Origin: a virus
Lineage: Duplodnaviria; Caudoviricetes
Direction: 5' to 3' (one strand)
Virus record (IMG/VR): IMGVR_UViG_3300032226_000829
DNA length: 64,000 nt
The notes beneath the pieces were generated by a model, which saw nothing but the letters and a program-made list of their open reading frames with translations, was not told the DNA's origin and ran no database searches. Each line of letters opens with the position of its first letter. Within the stretch, counting starts at the first letter, position 1. The translations under genes and the position numbers were made by a program. Positions 29,490 to 39,614 of this stretch are shown here, in pieces.

Positions 29490-30647
29490 TTAATTGTCCG
29501 CTTTGGGTTTAAGTGCTTGTGATAAACTTTGTCTTTGTGGGACAGTTTGACCTGCCACTGTGGTTGTGTTGGTGTTGTTGATAAATCCTGTTTTTTGTGT
29601 GTTTCTGGTGTCAGTGTTGGTCAACGTCATACGCACAGCATCTTCCATTTTGATCCAACGTGTGCTGTCGTATCTAAATAATCTATTGGGTAAAAAATCT
29701 GTTCTTAAAAAATAATCACCTTTGGCAGCACCCAAAGGAAATCCTATGCCGTGACCAAACACTTCACCGTTGGGCGCAAATCCATCTCCCAATAGATAAC
29801 CGTCATAACCATTTCTGTCTGGTGTTTGATTGATTCTATCTGCCATTTCATTGGCAGTGCTGGCATCCAATGTGTTGATATCTGTGGTGACCAATTCAGG
29901 CTTGCCTTGTTCATCCACTTGCAAAGTGAATAAATTTTTAGTATTGTATCCACTCTTGTTTGAGTCTGCTTCTGCTTGTGCCACAACAGCATTGTTGATT
30001 TGCATTTCTTTTTCATATGTGCTCAACACATCTCGTAGAGTGTTTTCACTGCCTTCTTCAGCAGGTAAATCCAGTATTTCTTTGAATTCTTGGCTGTCTA
30101 CTATTTGTTTAAGTTTTAATCTATATAAATGAGGATACCAAGTGGGTGAAAATCCTTCTGCTGCTCTGTTTATATCCTGTATCACATAAAATCTTTTCAA
30201 TGCCACTTTGTAATCATTCAGTGCGTATTGGTCTTTTAAATGTGGTAATTCTATCACATCTCCTGACATTAATTTTCTACCAATGGTTTTGACTGAACTG
30301 TTGATATGCACAGTTAAAAATATTGTATCATTTTGCAGAAATAATCCAAATTGACTCATGTCAAAGTCAATGTCACTCACGTTGTAAATGCCTCTGATCT
30401 GATAGATGTTGGGATCGTATTTTCTATCTCTATTTTCTAAAAATAATAGGTCTTGAATATTGGTTTCTTTCACAGCATTGTATCTGGGCTGTGTGGCTGT
30501 GGCATCTTCTTCATCAGGATTCACAGGTCCAAGGTATTTGTGTACAAACACATCAGTGCCGCCCACTGTGAACATTTCTGCGATTGTTTGATCTAAAAAT
30601 GTGTAATCTTCGCCCTTTTCTGGCTTGTATAAACTGATTCTTGGCAT
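29490..30647 (-). CDS. Neck protein (T4 gp14-like)
   Basis: DMSQFGLFLQNDTIFLTVH...MSGDVIELP core; between gp13-like and gp15-like genes. Confidence 0.7.
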   Translation of the reverse strand: MPRISLYKPEKGEDYTFLDQTIAEMFTVGGTDVFVHKYLGPVNPDEEDATATQPRYNAVKETNIQDLLFLENRDRKYDPNIYQIRGIYNVSDIDFDMSQFGLFLQNDTIFLTVHINSSVKTIGRKLMSGDVIELPHLKDQYALNDYKVALKRFYVIQDINRAAEGFSPTWYPHLYRLKLKQIVDSQEFKEILDLPAEEGSENTLRDVLSTYEKEMQINNAVVAQAEADSNKSGYNTKNLFTLQVDEQGKPELVTTDINTLDASTANEMADRINQTPDRNGYDGYLLGDGFAPNGEVFGHGIGFPLGAAKGDYFLRTDFLPNRLFRYDSTRWIKMEDAVRMTLTNTDTRNTQKTGFINNTNTTTVAGQTVPQRQSLSQALKPKADN

Positions 30648-30652
30648 GTGTA

Positions 30653-30683
30653 TATTTATTCATGCTGTGTCTGGTGCTAAATA
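30653..30683. promoter_or_regulatory. Back-to-back T4-late-type promoters for gp14 (minus) and gp13 (plus)
   Basis: TAAATA on minus at 30658-53 (5 nt from ATG 30647) and on plus at 30678-83. Confidence 0.7.
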
Positions 30684-30701
30684 TGTTATAGGAACCTATT
30701 G

Positions 30702-31460
30702 ATGAGCGAACTACAAACACAAAGACAAGAAATATACAGTTTTGCTAAAGACATGCTGGGTGGGGGTATGGTTGAGGTTGAACTGGATCCCAATCACTAT
30801 GAAACAGCACTAACCAGAGCTTTGGGTAGATATCGTCAAAGATCCGACAATTCAGTGGAGGAAAGTTATTTGTTTTTGACCACAGTGTTGGATCAAAACA
30901 GTTATACCTTGCCCAACGAAGTGATGGAAATTAGACAGATTTTTAGAAGAAGTGTTGGTTCAAGAAGTGGTGGCGGAGATGGTGGCACAGTGTTTGAACC
31001 ATTCAATTTGGCCTACACCAACACCTATCTATTGGCCAGTTCCAACATGGGTGGTTTGGCCACTTACAACATGTTTTCTCAGTATCAGGAAATGGTGGGT
31101 AGAATGTTTGGTTCTTTCATAGAATTCAAATGGAACTCAGTGACCAAAGTTTTAACGTTATTACAAAGACCCCGAGCAGAAGAAACATTGATGTTGTTTG
31201 CTTACAATTACAGACCCGAAAGCCAACTGTTGACCGATTACAAATCTAGAGAATGGATCAAAAGTTACACATTGGCCAATTGCAAATACATGTTGGGTGA
31301 AGCCAGATCCAAATTCAACACTGTGGCAGGACCACAGGGTGGAACCACACTGAATGGTGACACTTTAAAAGCCGAAGCTCAAGCTGAAATGGATAGATTG
31401 GATGCTGAATTGGCCACACAAATGGCTGGTGGCGTGGGCTATCATTTCACAATCGGTTAA
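30702..31460 (+). CDS. Neck protein (T4 gp13-like)
   Basis: LGGGMVEVELD, REWIKSYTLA.CKYMLG..RSKF, GG..LNG; ATG at 30702 after AGGA. Confidence 0.8.
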   Translation: MSELQTQRQEIYSFAKDMLGGGMVEVELDPNHYETALTRALGRYRQRSDNSVEESYLFLTTVLDQNSYTLPNEVMEIRQIFRRSVGSRSGGGDGGTVFEPFNLAYTNTYLLASSNMGGLATYNMFSQYQEMVGRMFGSFIEFKWNSVTKVLTLLQRPRAEETLMLFAYNYRPESQLLTDYKSREWIKSYTLANCKYMLGEARSKFNTVAGPQGGTTLNGDTLKAEAQAEMDRLDAELATQMAGGVGYHFTIG

Positions 31461-31467
31461 TATTTCA

Positions 31468-31496
31468 TTGACATTATTATAAATTTAAAGTACAAT
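31468..31496 (+). promoter_or_regulatory. sigma70-type promoter for dNMP kinase
   Basis: TTGACA (31468-73), 17 nt, TACAAT (31491-96). Confidence 0.75.
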
Positions 31497-31507
31497 AGTG
31501 CTTTAAT

Positions 31508-32101
31508 ATGATTATCGGAATTTGCGGATTAATAGGCAGTGGCAAAGACACCATTGCTGATTGCTTGGTGGAACAACACAATTTTCAAAAAATATCTTTT
31601 GCTGACAAACTCAAAGATGCTGTGGCTCAGATGTTCGATTGGGACAGACAATTGCTGGATGGCAAAACTGATGAAAGCAGAGCTTGGAGAGAACAGCCTG
31701 ATGCTTATTGGAGCAAAGAAGTAGGCAGCACGATCACTCCTAGATTGGCTCTACAAAAGTTTGGTACAGAATGCATGCGTAATGGATTTTATGATGGCAT
31801 ATGGGTCAGTTTGACCAAGAAAAAAATTATAGAAAATCCTCAGATCAACTGGGTTATTCCAGATGTGCGTTTTGTGAATGAAGCTGACATGATCAAAAGT
31901 GTTGGTGGAAAAGTTTGGTGGGTTAAAAGAGGCACATTGCCACTGTGGTTTAAAATATATCAAGATGTGGGCATAGAACCCAAAGACATACATGCCAGTG
32001 AATGGGCATGGGCTAGATTTGCATTTGATGCTGAACTAAACAATAATAGTACTATAGAAGCTCTTAGAAGTCAGGTACAAGGTCTCCTTGCACCCATTTG
32101 A
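31508..32101 (+). CDS. Deoxynucleoside monophosphate kinase (T4 gp1-like)
   Basis: IIGICGLIGSGKDT P-loop, SFADKLK, TPRLALQKFGTE, IPDVRF.NE. Confidence 0.9.
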   Translation: MIIGICGLIGSGKDTIADCLVEQHNFQKISFADKLKDAVAQMFDWDRQLLDGKTDESRAWREQPDAYWSKEVGSTITPRLALQKFGTECMRNGFYDGIWVSLTKKKIIENPQINWVIPDVRFVNEADMIKSVGGKVWWVKRGTLPLWFKIYQDVGIEPKDIHASEWAWARFAFDAELNNNSTIEALRSQVQGLLAPI

Positions 32102-32405
32102 TACCTTGTGATTGTAGCACTCGCTGACAATTGGCACACACTGTTTTAAGATTGTTAAATCTACAGTTGTTGAGATTGCCATCCACATGAAACACATTAA
32201 ACTGCTGAGCATGTTTGCTTTTGTGTGAACACTTATCACACTCGTTTTTTTTCATATAGCCCGACTGCTGCCATTTGGGCATGCCCATGGATCTGCCTTT
32301 GTAACGCACACACTGCTCGCACTGAGATCTATAGAATACCTTGTTTGCTTTGTGATAATTCACAGCACAGGGGCGTTGTTTGCAGGCTTTGCACAAAGGT
32401 CGCAT
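32064..32405 (-). CDS. Zn-ribbon / HNH-endonuclease-like protein
   Basis: CxxC pairs plus VFHVDGNLNN...NLKTVCANC; probable start ATG 32405, 4 nt after a minus-strand TAAATA (track start 32513 crosses the promoter region). Confidence 0.65.
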   Translation of the reverse strand: MRPLCKACKQRPCAVNYHKANKVFYRSQCEQCVRYKGRSMGMPKWQQSGYMKKNECDKCSHKSKHAQQFNVFHVDGNLNNCRFNNLKTVCANCQRVLQSQGIKWVQGDLVPDF

Positions 32406-32514
32406 ACAGTATTTAGCTGCCCTTTTTTGGCCCTTTTTGTTAGGATTAATAAGGTGTATTTTTGAGCTATCTGAATAAATATATTCAAATAAGTCATAGA
32501 TAGGAGAAAACAAT

Positions 32515-35500
32515 ATGGCACTAGTATCACCGGGCGTACAAGTTACAGTAATAGACGAAAGTTTTTATACACCAGCGGAACCAGGTACGGTTCCAATGAT
32601 CTTTATTGCCACTGCTCAGGACAAAGCCAATTCAGCAGGCACAGGCACAGCAGAAGGCACAAGAGCAGCCAATGCTGGTAAACCTTATCTTGTAACTTCT
32701 CAAAGAGATTTGAGTGACACATTTGGTGATGCAATTTTCTACACAGATTCAAACAACAATCCAATTCACGGTGGTGAATTAAATGAGTACGGTTTACAAG
32801 CAGCATATTCTTTCCTAGGAGTGAGCAACAGAGCTTACGTGGTAAGAGCTAACGTAGATTTAGATCAACTTCAAGCATCAGCTGATGCACCAGCCGGAAC
32901 TCCAGCAGCTGGCACATATTGGTTTGACACAGCTAATAGTTTGTTTGGTATATTTGAATGGAATTCTAATCCTGTGACTTCTACAGGAGGTCAAACATTT
33001 ACTAATAAAGTTCCAACTGTGATCACAGATGTTGAACAATTAGTGGGTGAAACAGCAGGCAATGCTCCCAAAGGCGCAGTGGGCCAAATTGGAGATTATG
33101 CTATCAATGCCACAACAACTTTCAATGATTTATATTACAAAAATTATCTAGGCACTTGGGTTCAAGTAGGATCAACTGCTTGGAAAGCCAGTCAGCCAAC
33201 AGTAATAGGATCTAATCAAAACGTATTATCTACATCGGGTACTTTTACTATCAATGGAACACCTATCACAGGAACTTCATACACTCAAGTAATTTCTAAT
33301 ATCAACTCAGCAAATATCGTTGGAGTCACAGCAGCCAGTATCGGCACTGCAGTGGCAATCTTTTCAACCACAAGCAATATTATTTTAGCTTCAGTTTCTG
33401 GAACTTTATTAGCAGACTTAGGATTTACAGCAGGCACAAAATACATTCCTTCAGTAGTGGTTCAACCTCACACACAAATCCCTGCGTTTAAATCTACAGA
33501 TGCTAATCCAAGACCAACTGGATCTTTATGGATTAAAATTACTACTCCAAATCTTGGTGCTAGATTTAAAATTAAAAAATTCAATGGTGTAACCAATTTA
33601 TTTGAAGATATTTCTGCTCCAATTTACAACAGCAATGAATCTGCACTGTACAACATTGACAGAGCGGGTGGTGGAGCAAATATTGCTGTGGGATCACTTT
33701 ATGTGAATTCCAACAATGGCAGCGATGAAGTTGATTTCATAATTAAAAGAAAAGAAACTAGTGGAGCAACCATTATTAAATCCAGTGCAATCACCACTCA
33801 GTGTGTGTCTGGCACATACAGTGTGACCATGCAAGAATCAAAAATCAATCAAGAAGCATTGGGATCTAGCACAACTTTTTCTATCACAACAGTGGGACAA
33901 TCTGGTGATGCTGATACAATTGCTAATGCAATCAATGCTCAAGGGTTTGTTAACATTGAAGCCAGTGTGGACACTTTGAACAGAGTTGTGATATCACACA
34001 ATATCGGCGGAGATATTAAAATTACTGATACTGGTGATTTACTTACTTTGGCAGGATTCATAGCAGATTCTACAACCAATCTATACAACGATGATGCCAC
34101 TGATGGATCAACCAATCCAGTGGTATTGAGAGCCAGCAATTGGAAAACATTATCTTACACAGCTGACAGCAATGCTCCAACCAGTTTGACTGCAGATGGT
34201 CAATTATGGTACAATTCAATTACGGACGAAGCAGATATCATGTATCACAATGGAACCACATGGAAGGGTTACAAAGATGCAGCAGCATTTCCAAATTCTA
34301 GTCCACTGGGACCTATCGTATCAGCCACCAAACCAACAGTACAATCTGATGAGACAGCGTTAGTGACTGGTGATTTATGGATTGATACCAGCGATATTGA
34401 AAACTATCCTCAGATTTACAGATACAACTCAGCAACTGTTACATGGACTTTGATTGACAATTCAGATCAAACCACAGAAGATGGTATCATATTTGCTGAT
34501 GCACGTTACAACACTTCAGGAGCCAACAGCGACACACCAGGCACCATAGAAGCGTTATTAACTTCTAACTTTGTTGATTTTGATGCTCCAGATCCAACAT
34601 TGTATCCAAAAGGCATGTTGTTGTTCAACACACGCAGAAGTGGATTCAACGTTAAAAAATTTGTGAGAAACTATGTTGATCTTACTGATCAAAATACAAG
34701 ATTCAGTGATGAAAACATGACTGCATACTATCCTCATAGATGGGTTTTAGAATCTGGCAATCAAGCCAACGGTGCTGGTAGCTTTGGTAGAAAAGCACAG
34801 AGAAAAGTTGTTATCCAAGCATTACAAGCATTGGTCAACAACAATGATGCCATCAGAGATGATGCTTCTAGAATATTCAACTTGATAGCATGTCCTGGTT
34901 ATTCAGAATTGATCAGTGAAATGATTTCATTAAACTATGACAGAGGTTTAAGTGCTTTTGTTGTAGGAGATTCTCCATTTAGATTGACTCCAGATGCCAC
35001 TTCATTAAACGAATGGGCAACCAACGTGAATCTAGCAGTGCAAGACAGTGACGAAGGTCTAGTTTCATTTGATGAATACATGGGTGTGTTTTATCCATCA
35101 GGATTTACCAGTGACAACTTTGGCAACGACATTGTGGTGCCAGCCAGTCATATGATATTGAGAACTATTGCATTGAGTGACCAAGTTTCTTATCCATGGT
35201 TTGCTCCAGCAGGCACAAGACGTGGTGGCATAACAAATGCATCAAGTGTGGGTTACATCACATCAGAAGGTGAATTTGAAAGCATAGCGTTGAACGAAGG
35301 TCAAAGAGACACATTGTATACTTCTAATGTGAACCCAATCACTTTCATCACAGGTGCTGGTTTAGTCAACTATGGTCAAAAAACCAGAGCAAGAAATGCT
35401 TCAGCACTGGACAGAATCAACGTTGCTAGATTGGTTATCTACTTAAGAAGTCAATTGAACAGATTGGCCAAACCATATGTGTTTGAACCCAATGACAAAA

Positions 35501-35727
35501 TTACTAGAGACGAAATTAAACAGCAAGCAGAAGGTCTAATGCTAGAGCTAGTGGGACAAAGAGCACTATACGACTTTATCGTGGTGTGCGATGAATCCAA
35601 CAATACTCCAGCCAGAATAGATCGTAATGAATTGTACTTGGACATAGCAATTGAACCAGTTAAAGCAGTTGAGTTCATTTACATACCGTTGCGTTTGAAA
35701 AACACAGGAGAAATAAGCGGTTTATAA
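32515..35727 (+). CDS. Contractile tail sheath protein (T4 gp18-like)
   Basis: MALVSPGVQVTVIDES; PWFAPAG.RRG, NPIT, GQKT, DRINVARL, FEPND..TR, DESNNT...IDRNEL, P.KAVEFI. Confidence 0.95.
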   Translation: MALVSPGVQVTVIDESFYTPAEPGTVPMIFIATAQDKANSAGTGTAEGTRAANAGKPYLVTSQRDLSDTFGDAIFYTDSNNNPIHGGELNEYGLQAAYSFLGVSNRAYVVRANVDLDQLQASADAPAGTPAAGTYWFDTANSLFGIFEWNSNPVTSTGGQTFTNKVPTVITDVEQLVGETAGNAPKGAVGQIGDYAINATTTFNDLYYKNYLGTWVQVGSTAWKASQPTVIGSNQNVLSTSGTFTINGTPITGTSYTQVISNINSANIVGVTAASIGTAVAIFSTTSNIILASVSGTLLADLGFTAGTKYIPSVVVQPHTQIPAFKSTDANPRPTGSLWIKITTPNLGARFKIKKFNGVTNLFEDISAPIYNSNESALYNIDRAGGGANIAVGSLYVNSNNGSDEVDFIIKRKETSGATIIKSSAITTQCVSGTYSVTMQESKINQEALGSSTTFSITTVGQSGDADTIANAINAQGFVNIEASVDTLNRVVISHNIGGDIKITDTGDLLTLAGFIADSTTNLYNDDATDGSTNPVVLRASNWKTLSYTADSNAPTSLTADGQLWYNSITDEADIMYHNGTTWKGYKDAAAFPNSSPLGPIVSATKPTVQSDETALVTGDLWIDTSDIENYPQIYRYNSATVTWTLIDNSDQTTEDGIIFADARYNTSGANSDTPGTIEALLTSNFVDFDAPDPTLYPKGMLLFNTRRSGFNVKKFVRNYVDLTDQNTRFSDENMTAYYPHRWVLESGNQANGAGSFGRKAQRKVVIQALQALVNNNDAIRDDASRIFNLIACPGYSELISEMISLNYDRGLSAFVVGDSPFRLTPDATSLNEWATNVNLAVQDSDEGLVSFDEYMGVFYPSGFTSDNFGNDIVVPASHMILRTIALSDQVSYPWFAPAGTRRGGITNASSVGYITSEGEFESIALNEGQRDTLYTSNVNPITFITGAGLVNYGQKTRARNASALDRINVARLVIYLRSQLNRLAKPYVFEPNDKITRDEIKQQAEGLMLELVGQRALYDFIVVCDESNNTPARIDRNELYLDIAIEPVKAVEFIYIPLRLKNTGEISGL

Positions 35728-35733
35728 TAACTT

Positions 35734-35741
35734 TATAAATA
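35734..35741 (+). promoter_or_regulatory. T4 late promoter (full consensus) for tail tube
   Basis: TATAAATA followed by SD AGGAG and ATG 35760. Confidence 0.8.
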
Positions 35742-35759
35742 CTAGCAATAGGAGAAACA

Positions 35760-36386
35760 ATGAGTATATCTACACTATCTAAATTGACAGTACCTTTGGC
35801 CAGCAACGCAAGTGCAGGCAGTCAGGGTCTGTTGATGCCAAAATTATCGTATCGTTTCAGAGTCACATTGGAAAATTTTGGTGTATCGACTCCAACCACA
35901 GAATTAACTAAACAAGTTATTGATGTTACAAGACCCAACGTAAGTTTTGAAAACATCACATTAGATGTGTACAACTCTAAAGTTTATCTTGCTGGTAAAC
36001 ACACTTGGGAACCTATCACATTAAATTTAAGAGAAGATGTGAACAATAATGTACAAAAATTAGTAGGCGAACAGCTACAGAAACAATTTGACTTTTATGA
36101 ACAATCTGCTGCTGCTTCAGGATCTGATTACAAATTTGTAACTAGAATTGAAGTGTTAGATGGTGGTAACGGAGCAAATGCTGCCAACATTTTAGAAACT
36201 TTCGAATTGTATGGTTGCTATGTAGATTCAGCAAACTATAACACATTGGCTTACAACACCAACGATCCTATCAGCGTGACATTATCTATCAGATATGACA
36301 ATGCTATTCAAACGCCTCAGGGTACAGGAATTGGCACTGCAATAGGTCGTACAATTAATACTCTTGCCACAGGCGGCGGACAATAA
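35760..36386 (+). CDS. Tail tube protein (T4 gp19-like)
   Basis: Follows sheath; AGKHTWEPITL.LRED, FELYGC, ..TLSIRYDNA. Confidence 0.85.
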   Translation: MSISTLSKLTVPLASNASAGSQGLLMPKLSYRFRVTLENFGVSTPTTELTKQVIDVTRPNVSFENITLDVYNSKVYLAGKHTWEPITLNLREDVNNNVQKLVGEQLQKQFDFYEQSAAASGSDYKFVTRIEVLDGGNGANAANILETFELYGCYVDSANYNTLAYNTNDPISVTLSIRYDNAIQTPQGTGIGTAIGRTINTLATGGGQ

Positions 36387-36408
36387 TTTAAACATCTTAA
36401 ATTGATTC

Positions 36409-36437
36409 AAAAAGGGGTCTAAATGGCCCCTTTTTTT
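36409..36437 (+). terminator. Rho-independent, possibly bidirectional terminator after tail tube
   Basis: AAAAA-GGGGTC-TAAAT-GGCCCC-TTTTTTT. Confidence 0.85.
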
Positions 36438-36475
36438 ATTTTAGCAGCATAGATTTACAACACATAAATATTAGC

Positions 36476-37594
36476 ATGCCAAACATATTAAAACCTTTTT
36501 TAGATAATCTTTTCAAAGGAGCTTTAAATCCCAAAGGCAACCTTGCTGACTATCAACATGGACAAAGATTATTTGTGGATGACAGTTTTAGATTGGCTCC
36601 AAAACAAAAGTTTCTTTACCACGTATCATTCAATATTAACTCTCGCGCCACAGCAATTATTCCTAATTTCAATTCCACTGTTGGCGAAGAATTAAACATG
36701 TTGGTAAAATCTGTAGATTTACCCAAATACACCATAGAGACTGTGACCAAAAATCAATACAACAAAAAAAGAAAATTACAAACTAGAATAAATTATGATC
36801 CTATTCAAGTAGTATTTCACGATGACAACTATGGCATAACCACTGCTATGTGGCAGATGTATTATCAATATTATTTTAAAGATGGAAACTATGGCAAAAA
36901 AGATCAAACTAAAACCATATCCAGCACTGTGCCTGATCAGTACAACAGAGGAAATACCATATCAGGAGACACGGCAAACAAATATAGATATGGAATGGAT
37001 TCTGATTCTTTTGAACCTTTTTTTACCAGCATACAAATTTATCAAATGGCTAGAAAAAGATACACTTGTTACACATTGGTGAATCCATTGATAACCAATT
37101 GGCAAGGAGACACGTTATCATATGGCAGCAATGATCCAGTGGCCAACAGTATGACCATAGAGTTTGAAACTGTATTCATGAGCAGAGGACCAGTAACTGC
37201 TGGATCAGCACCCAAAGGATTTGGTGTTAGACACTATGATAAAACCCCAAGTCCGTTGTCATTGCCTGGTGGAGGAACCACTAGTGTGTTTGGAGTGGGT
37301 GGAGTATTGAGTGGACTTTTTGGATTGGGTGGAGACAAAAGTGCTTTCAGTGATATTGAATCGGGCGGTGCGGGATCTGGTAGTTTTTTAAAAACAGTTA
37401 TAAGCAGTGCTAACAGACTTAAAAATTTAAAAAAATTAAACAAAGAAGGTTTGAGAGAAGAAGGATTCAATATAGTCAAAGAAGGAATTGGCAGAGTGGG
37501 TGGAACCAATGTGAGTGGTGTGGCCAACACACTGTTTCCTAAAAATACCCCTGTGGCTAATAACGTAACCAAAGCTGAGTTAAAAAGAAGATAA
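36476..37594 (+). CDS. Tube-fold baseplate protein (gp48/gp54-like)
   Basis: LVKSVDLPKY...NQYN...YDPIQVVFHDD aligns by eye with the tube fold of the preceding gene. Confidence 0.6.
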   Translation: MPNILKPFLDNLFKGALNPKGNLADYQHGQRLFVDDSFRLAPKQKFLYHVSFNINSRATAIIPNFNSTVGEELNMLVKSVDLPKYTIETVTKNQYNKKRKLQTRINYDPIQVVFHDDNYGITTAMWQMYYQYYFKDGNYGKKDQTKTISSTVPDQYNRGNTISGDTANKYRYGMDSDSFEPFFTSIQIYQMARKRYTCYTLVNPLITNWQGDTLSYGSNDPVANSMTIEFETVFMSRGPVTAGSAPKGFGVRHYDKTPSPLSLPGGGTTSVFGVGGVLSGLFGLGGDKSAFSDIESGGAGSGSFLKTVISSANRLKNLKKLNKEGLREEGFNIVKEGIGRVGGTNVSGVANTLFPKNTPVANNVTKAELKRR

Positions 37595-37597
37595 TTT

Positions 37598-38074
37598 ATG
37601 TCCAGTGAAAATATTATTAATTCTGATTTTCCTGAATTAGATGTTTCAATTCCTAATATTAATCCTAGAGAATTGAGTGTTACTAACAAAGAAAAAATCA
37701 ATACCTCAAACAATGTTCCCAGCACTGTTTCAAACACTGATAGTGCTCAGCCAGTTAAAACATTTTTTGACAAATATTTTGTTGAGCCTATCAGTATTCC
37801 AGCTGGTGAAATAGATGCTGTGATAGGATTTTTTGAAAAAAGAAATTTTGAAAAAACTGCAGCAGTCAGTGTGTCCACAATTTTATTACAGCAGGCCAAG
37901 TTAGATAATGTAAATATTTTTCAATTGTTGGATACTTTAAAAGGATTGAGCGAATTACAATTGAGTAGTGTTGTTGCAGAAATTTTAAATGTGAACAGAT
38001 CAAAAATTTCCACACTAGGATTCAAAGTGACCAACAATCAAAACCAATTCGAAAAACGCAACATAGTGGTATAA
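37598..38074 (+). CDS. Hypothetical protein
   Basis: 158-aa ORF tightly packed in the operon. Confidence 0.6.
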   Translation: MSSENIINSDFPELDVSIPNINPRELSVTNKEKINTSNNVPSTVSNTDSAQPVKTFFDKYFVEPISIPAGEIDAVIGFFEKRNFEKTAAVSVSTILLQQAKLDNVNIFQLLDTLKGLSELQLSSVVAEILNVNRSKISTLGFKVTNNQNQFEKRNIVV

Positions 38075-38078
38075 TCAG

Positions 38079-38522
38079 ATGCCTCGACGTTTTGCTCAAG
38101 GTAAATTCACTTTAAAAAATCCTGAAAAATATCTAGGAACCAAAGACCCATTGTATAGATCCAGTTGGGAATTTGCTTTTATGAAATTTTGTGATGAAAG
38201 CCCTTCCATTGCCAAATGGGCCAGTGAAGCCGTGAGAATACCTTACAGAAATCCTCTCACCGGAAGATACACCATATATGTGCCAGACTTTTTTATCAAC
38301 TATGTGGACAAGGGTGGACAACCACATGCAGAGATAGTTGAAATCAAACCACAGAATCAATCATTGAGAGAAAAAGTGGGAAAAAATTTAAACAATCAAG
38401 CCAGCTACATTTTGAATCAAGCCAAATGGGAAGCTGCCACTGCATGGTGTCGTCAAAAAGGTTTAAAGTTCAGAGTGATCAACGAAACCGATATTTTTCA
38501 CCAAGGCAGCAAGCGCCGATAA
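38079..38522 (+). CDS. Head completion protein (T4 gp4-like, TnsA-type nuclease fold)
   Basis: GKF..KNPEKY.G....YRSSWE..FM.FCD....KWASE...IPY, Y.PDF, EIKP, KW.AA..WC. Confidence 0.88.
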   Translation: MPRRFAQGKFTLKNPEKYLGTKDPLYRSSWEFAFMKFCDESPSIAKWASEAVRIPYRNPLTGRYTIYVPDFFINYVDKGGQPHAEIVEIKPQNQSLREKVGKNLNNQASYILNQAKWEAATAWCRQKGLKFRVINETDIFHQGSKRR

Positions 38523-38533
38523 ATAATACTATC

Positions 38534-39025
38534 ATGACCAAAAAATTAGAAGATCTATTGAATCTACCAGAATCCAAAGACATAGTGATGGAAGAAAAAA
38601 ATAAAAAAGAACAAGAAAAATCTTTGGATGCTCAAAAAGAAACCCTGCGAGACATTGCTGAGTTTGACAAGATCACTGCAGCACTGCCCATGGTGAAAGA
38701 TTTGGGCGCAATGGCTGATGAAGAACTGGATGAAATAGCCAAAAAAGCCATGACTGCCTATGACGATTTGATGGACTTGGGCATGAACGTGGAGAGCAGA
38801 TACAGTGGTAGAGTGTTTGAAGTGGCTGGCAACATGTTGAAAACCACACTGGAAGCCAAAGCTGCCAAAATAGACAAAAAGCTCAAAATGATAGATCTAC
38901 AGATACGCAAGCAAAAAATGGACAGAGATGGCGGAATTGACGATTCTAACATGGTACAGGGCGAAGGCTACGTGGTTACTGATCGCAACAGTTTGATTGA
39001 AAAACTCAAAAATATGGATAAATAA
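38534..39025 (+). CDS. Probable terminase small subunit (T4 gp16-like)
   Basis: Real start ATG 38534 after TAAATA; helical core DDLMDLGMNVESRYSGRVFEVAGNMLKT and tail VVTDRNSLIEKL resemble gp16 (SPRHMEVFATLM...FMGSPTELMDEI). Confidence 0.55.
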   Translation: MTKKLEDLLNLPESKDIVMEEKNKKEQEKSLDAQKETLRDIAEFDKITAALPMVKDLGAMADEELDEIAKKAMTAYDDLMDLGMNVESRYSGRVFEVAGNMLKTTLEAKAAKIDKKLKMIDLQIRKQKMDRDGGIDDSNMVQGEGYVVTDRNSLIEKLKNMDK

Positions 39026-39031
39026 ACACAT

Positions 39032-39610
39032 ATGGAAACAGAATTTAAAAAAATACTGGCAGAAAGCAAAAAAACCTACAGATTTAAATTGGGTTTAGCT
39101 GGTGAATTGCCTGAAAATATCAATGACACTTTGAAACAAGCACTTAGCAAATATGAAATAGTGAGTTTGTCCAAAGGCAAAAAAACTCCAATCACAGAAA
39201 GACCACTGGATTTCCCCAAACTACAGAACATGGAAGTCACATACTTTGATGCTGAATTGGCCTATCCTACCACTCCAGAAATTTTAGAACAATACGTGAG
39301 TTTGATCACGAAGGTCCCAATGAGTCATGTGATAGTGAGAACAGACGTGCAGCATACGGATTATCCCACAGACAAAAAAGAAGAACCCTATGTAGCAAAA
39401 CTTGAAACCCCATTGGAGCAAGCAGATAAGAAAGCACAAGATCAAGTGGGACAAAAGAGAGTCACAGAAATTTTAAAACAGATGGAAAAAGACAGAAAAG
39501 CAATCACTTTTGCCAAAGTAGATTCAAAAAATAAAAAAGAAAAACAATTGCAGGACAGAGAAGAGAAAGCCTCTGCATCACCTTTAACCAAAGTCAAACA
39601 CGATAAATAG
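39032..39610 (+). CDS. Hypothetical late protein
   Basis: 192-aa ORF with its own TAAATA 7 nt upstream. Confidence 0.65.
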   Translation: METEFKKILAESKKTYRFKLGLAGELPENINDTLKQALSKYEIVSLSKGKKTPITERPLDFPKLQNMEVTYFDAELAYPTTPEILEQYVSLITKVPMSHVIVRTDVQHTDYPTDKKEEPYVAKLETPLEQADKKAQDQVGQKRVTEILKQMEKDRKAITFAKVDSKNKKEKQLQDREEKASASPLTKVKHDK

Positions 39611-39614
39611 AGTT

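Noticed and set aside
32419-32439. CCCTTTTTTGGCCCTTTTTG as a terminator
   Set aside because: It is a short direct repeat, not an inverted one, so it forms no stem.
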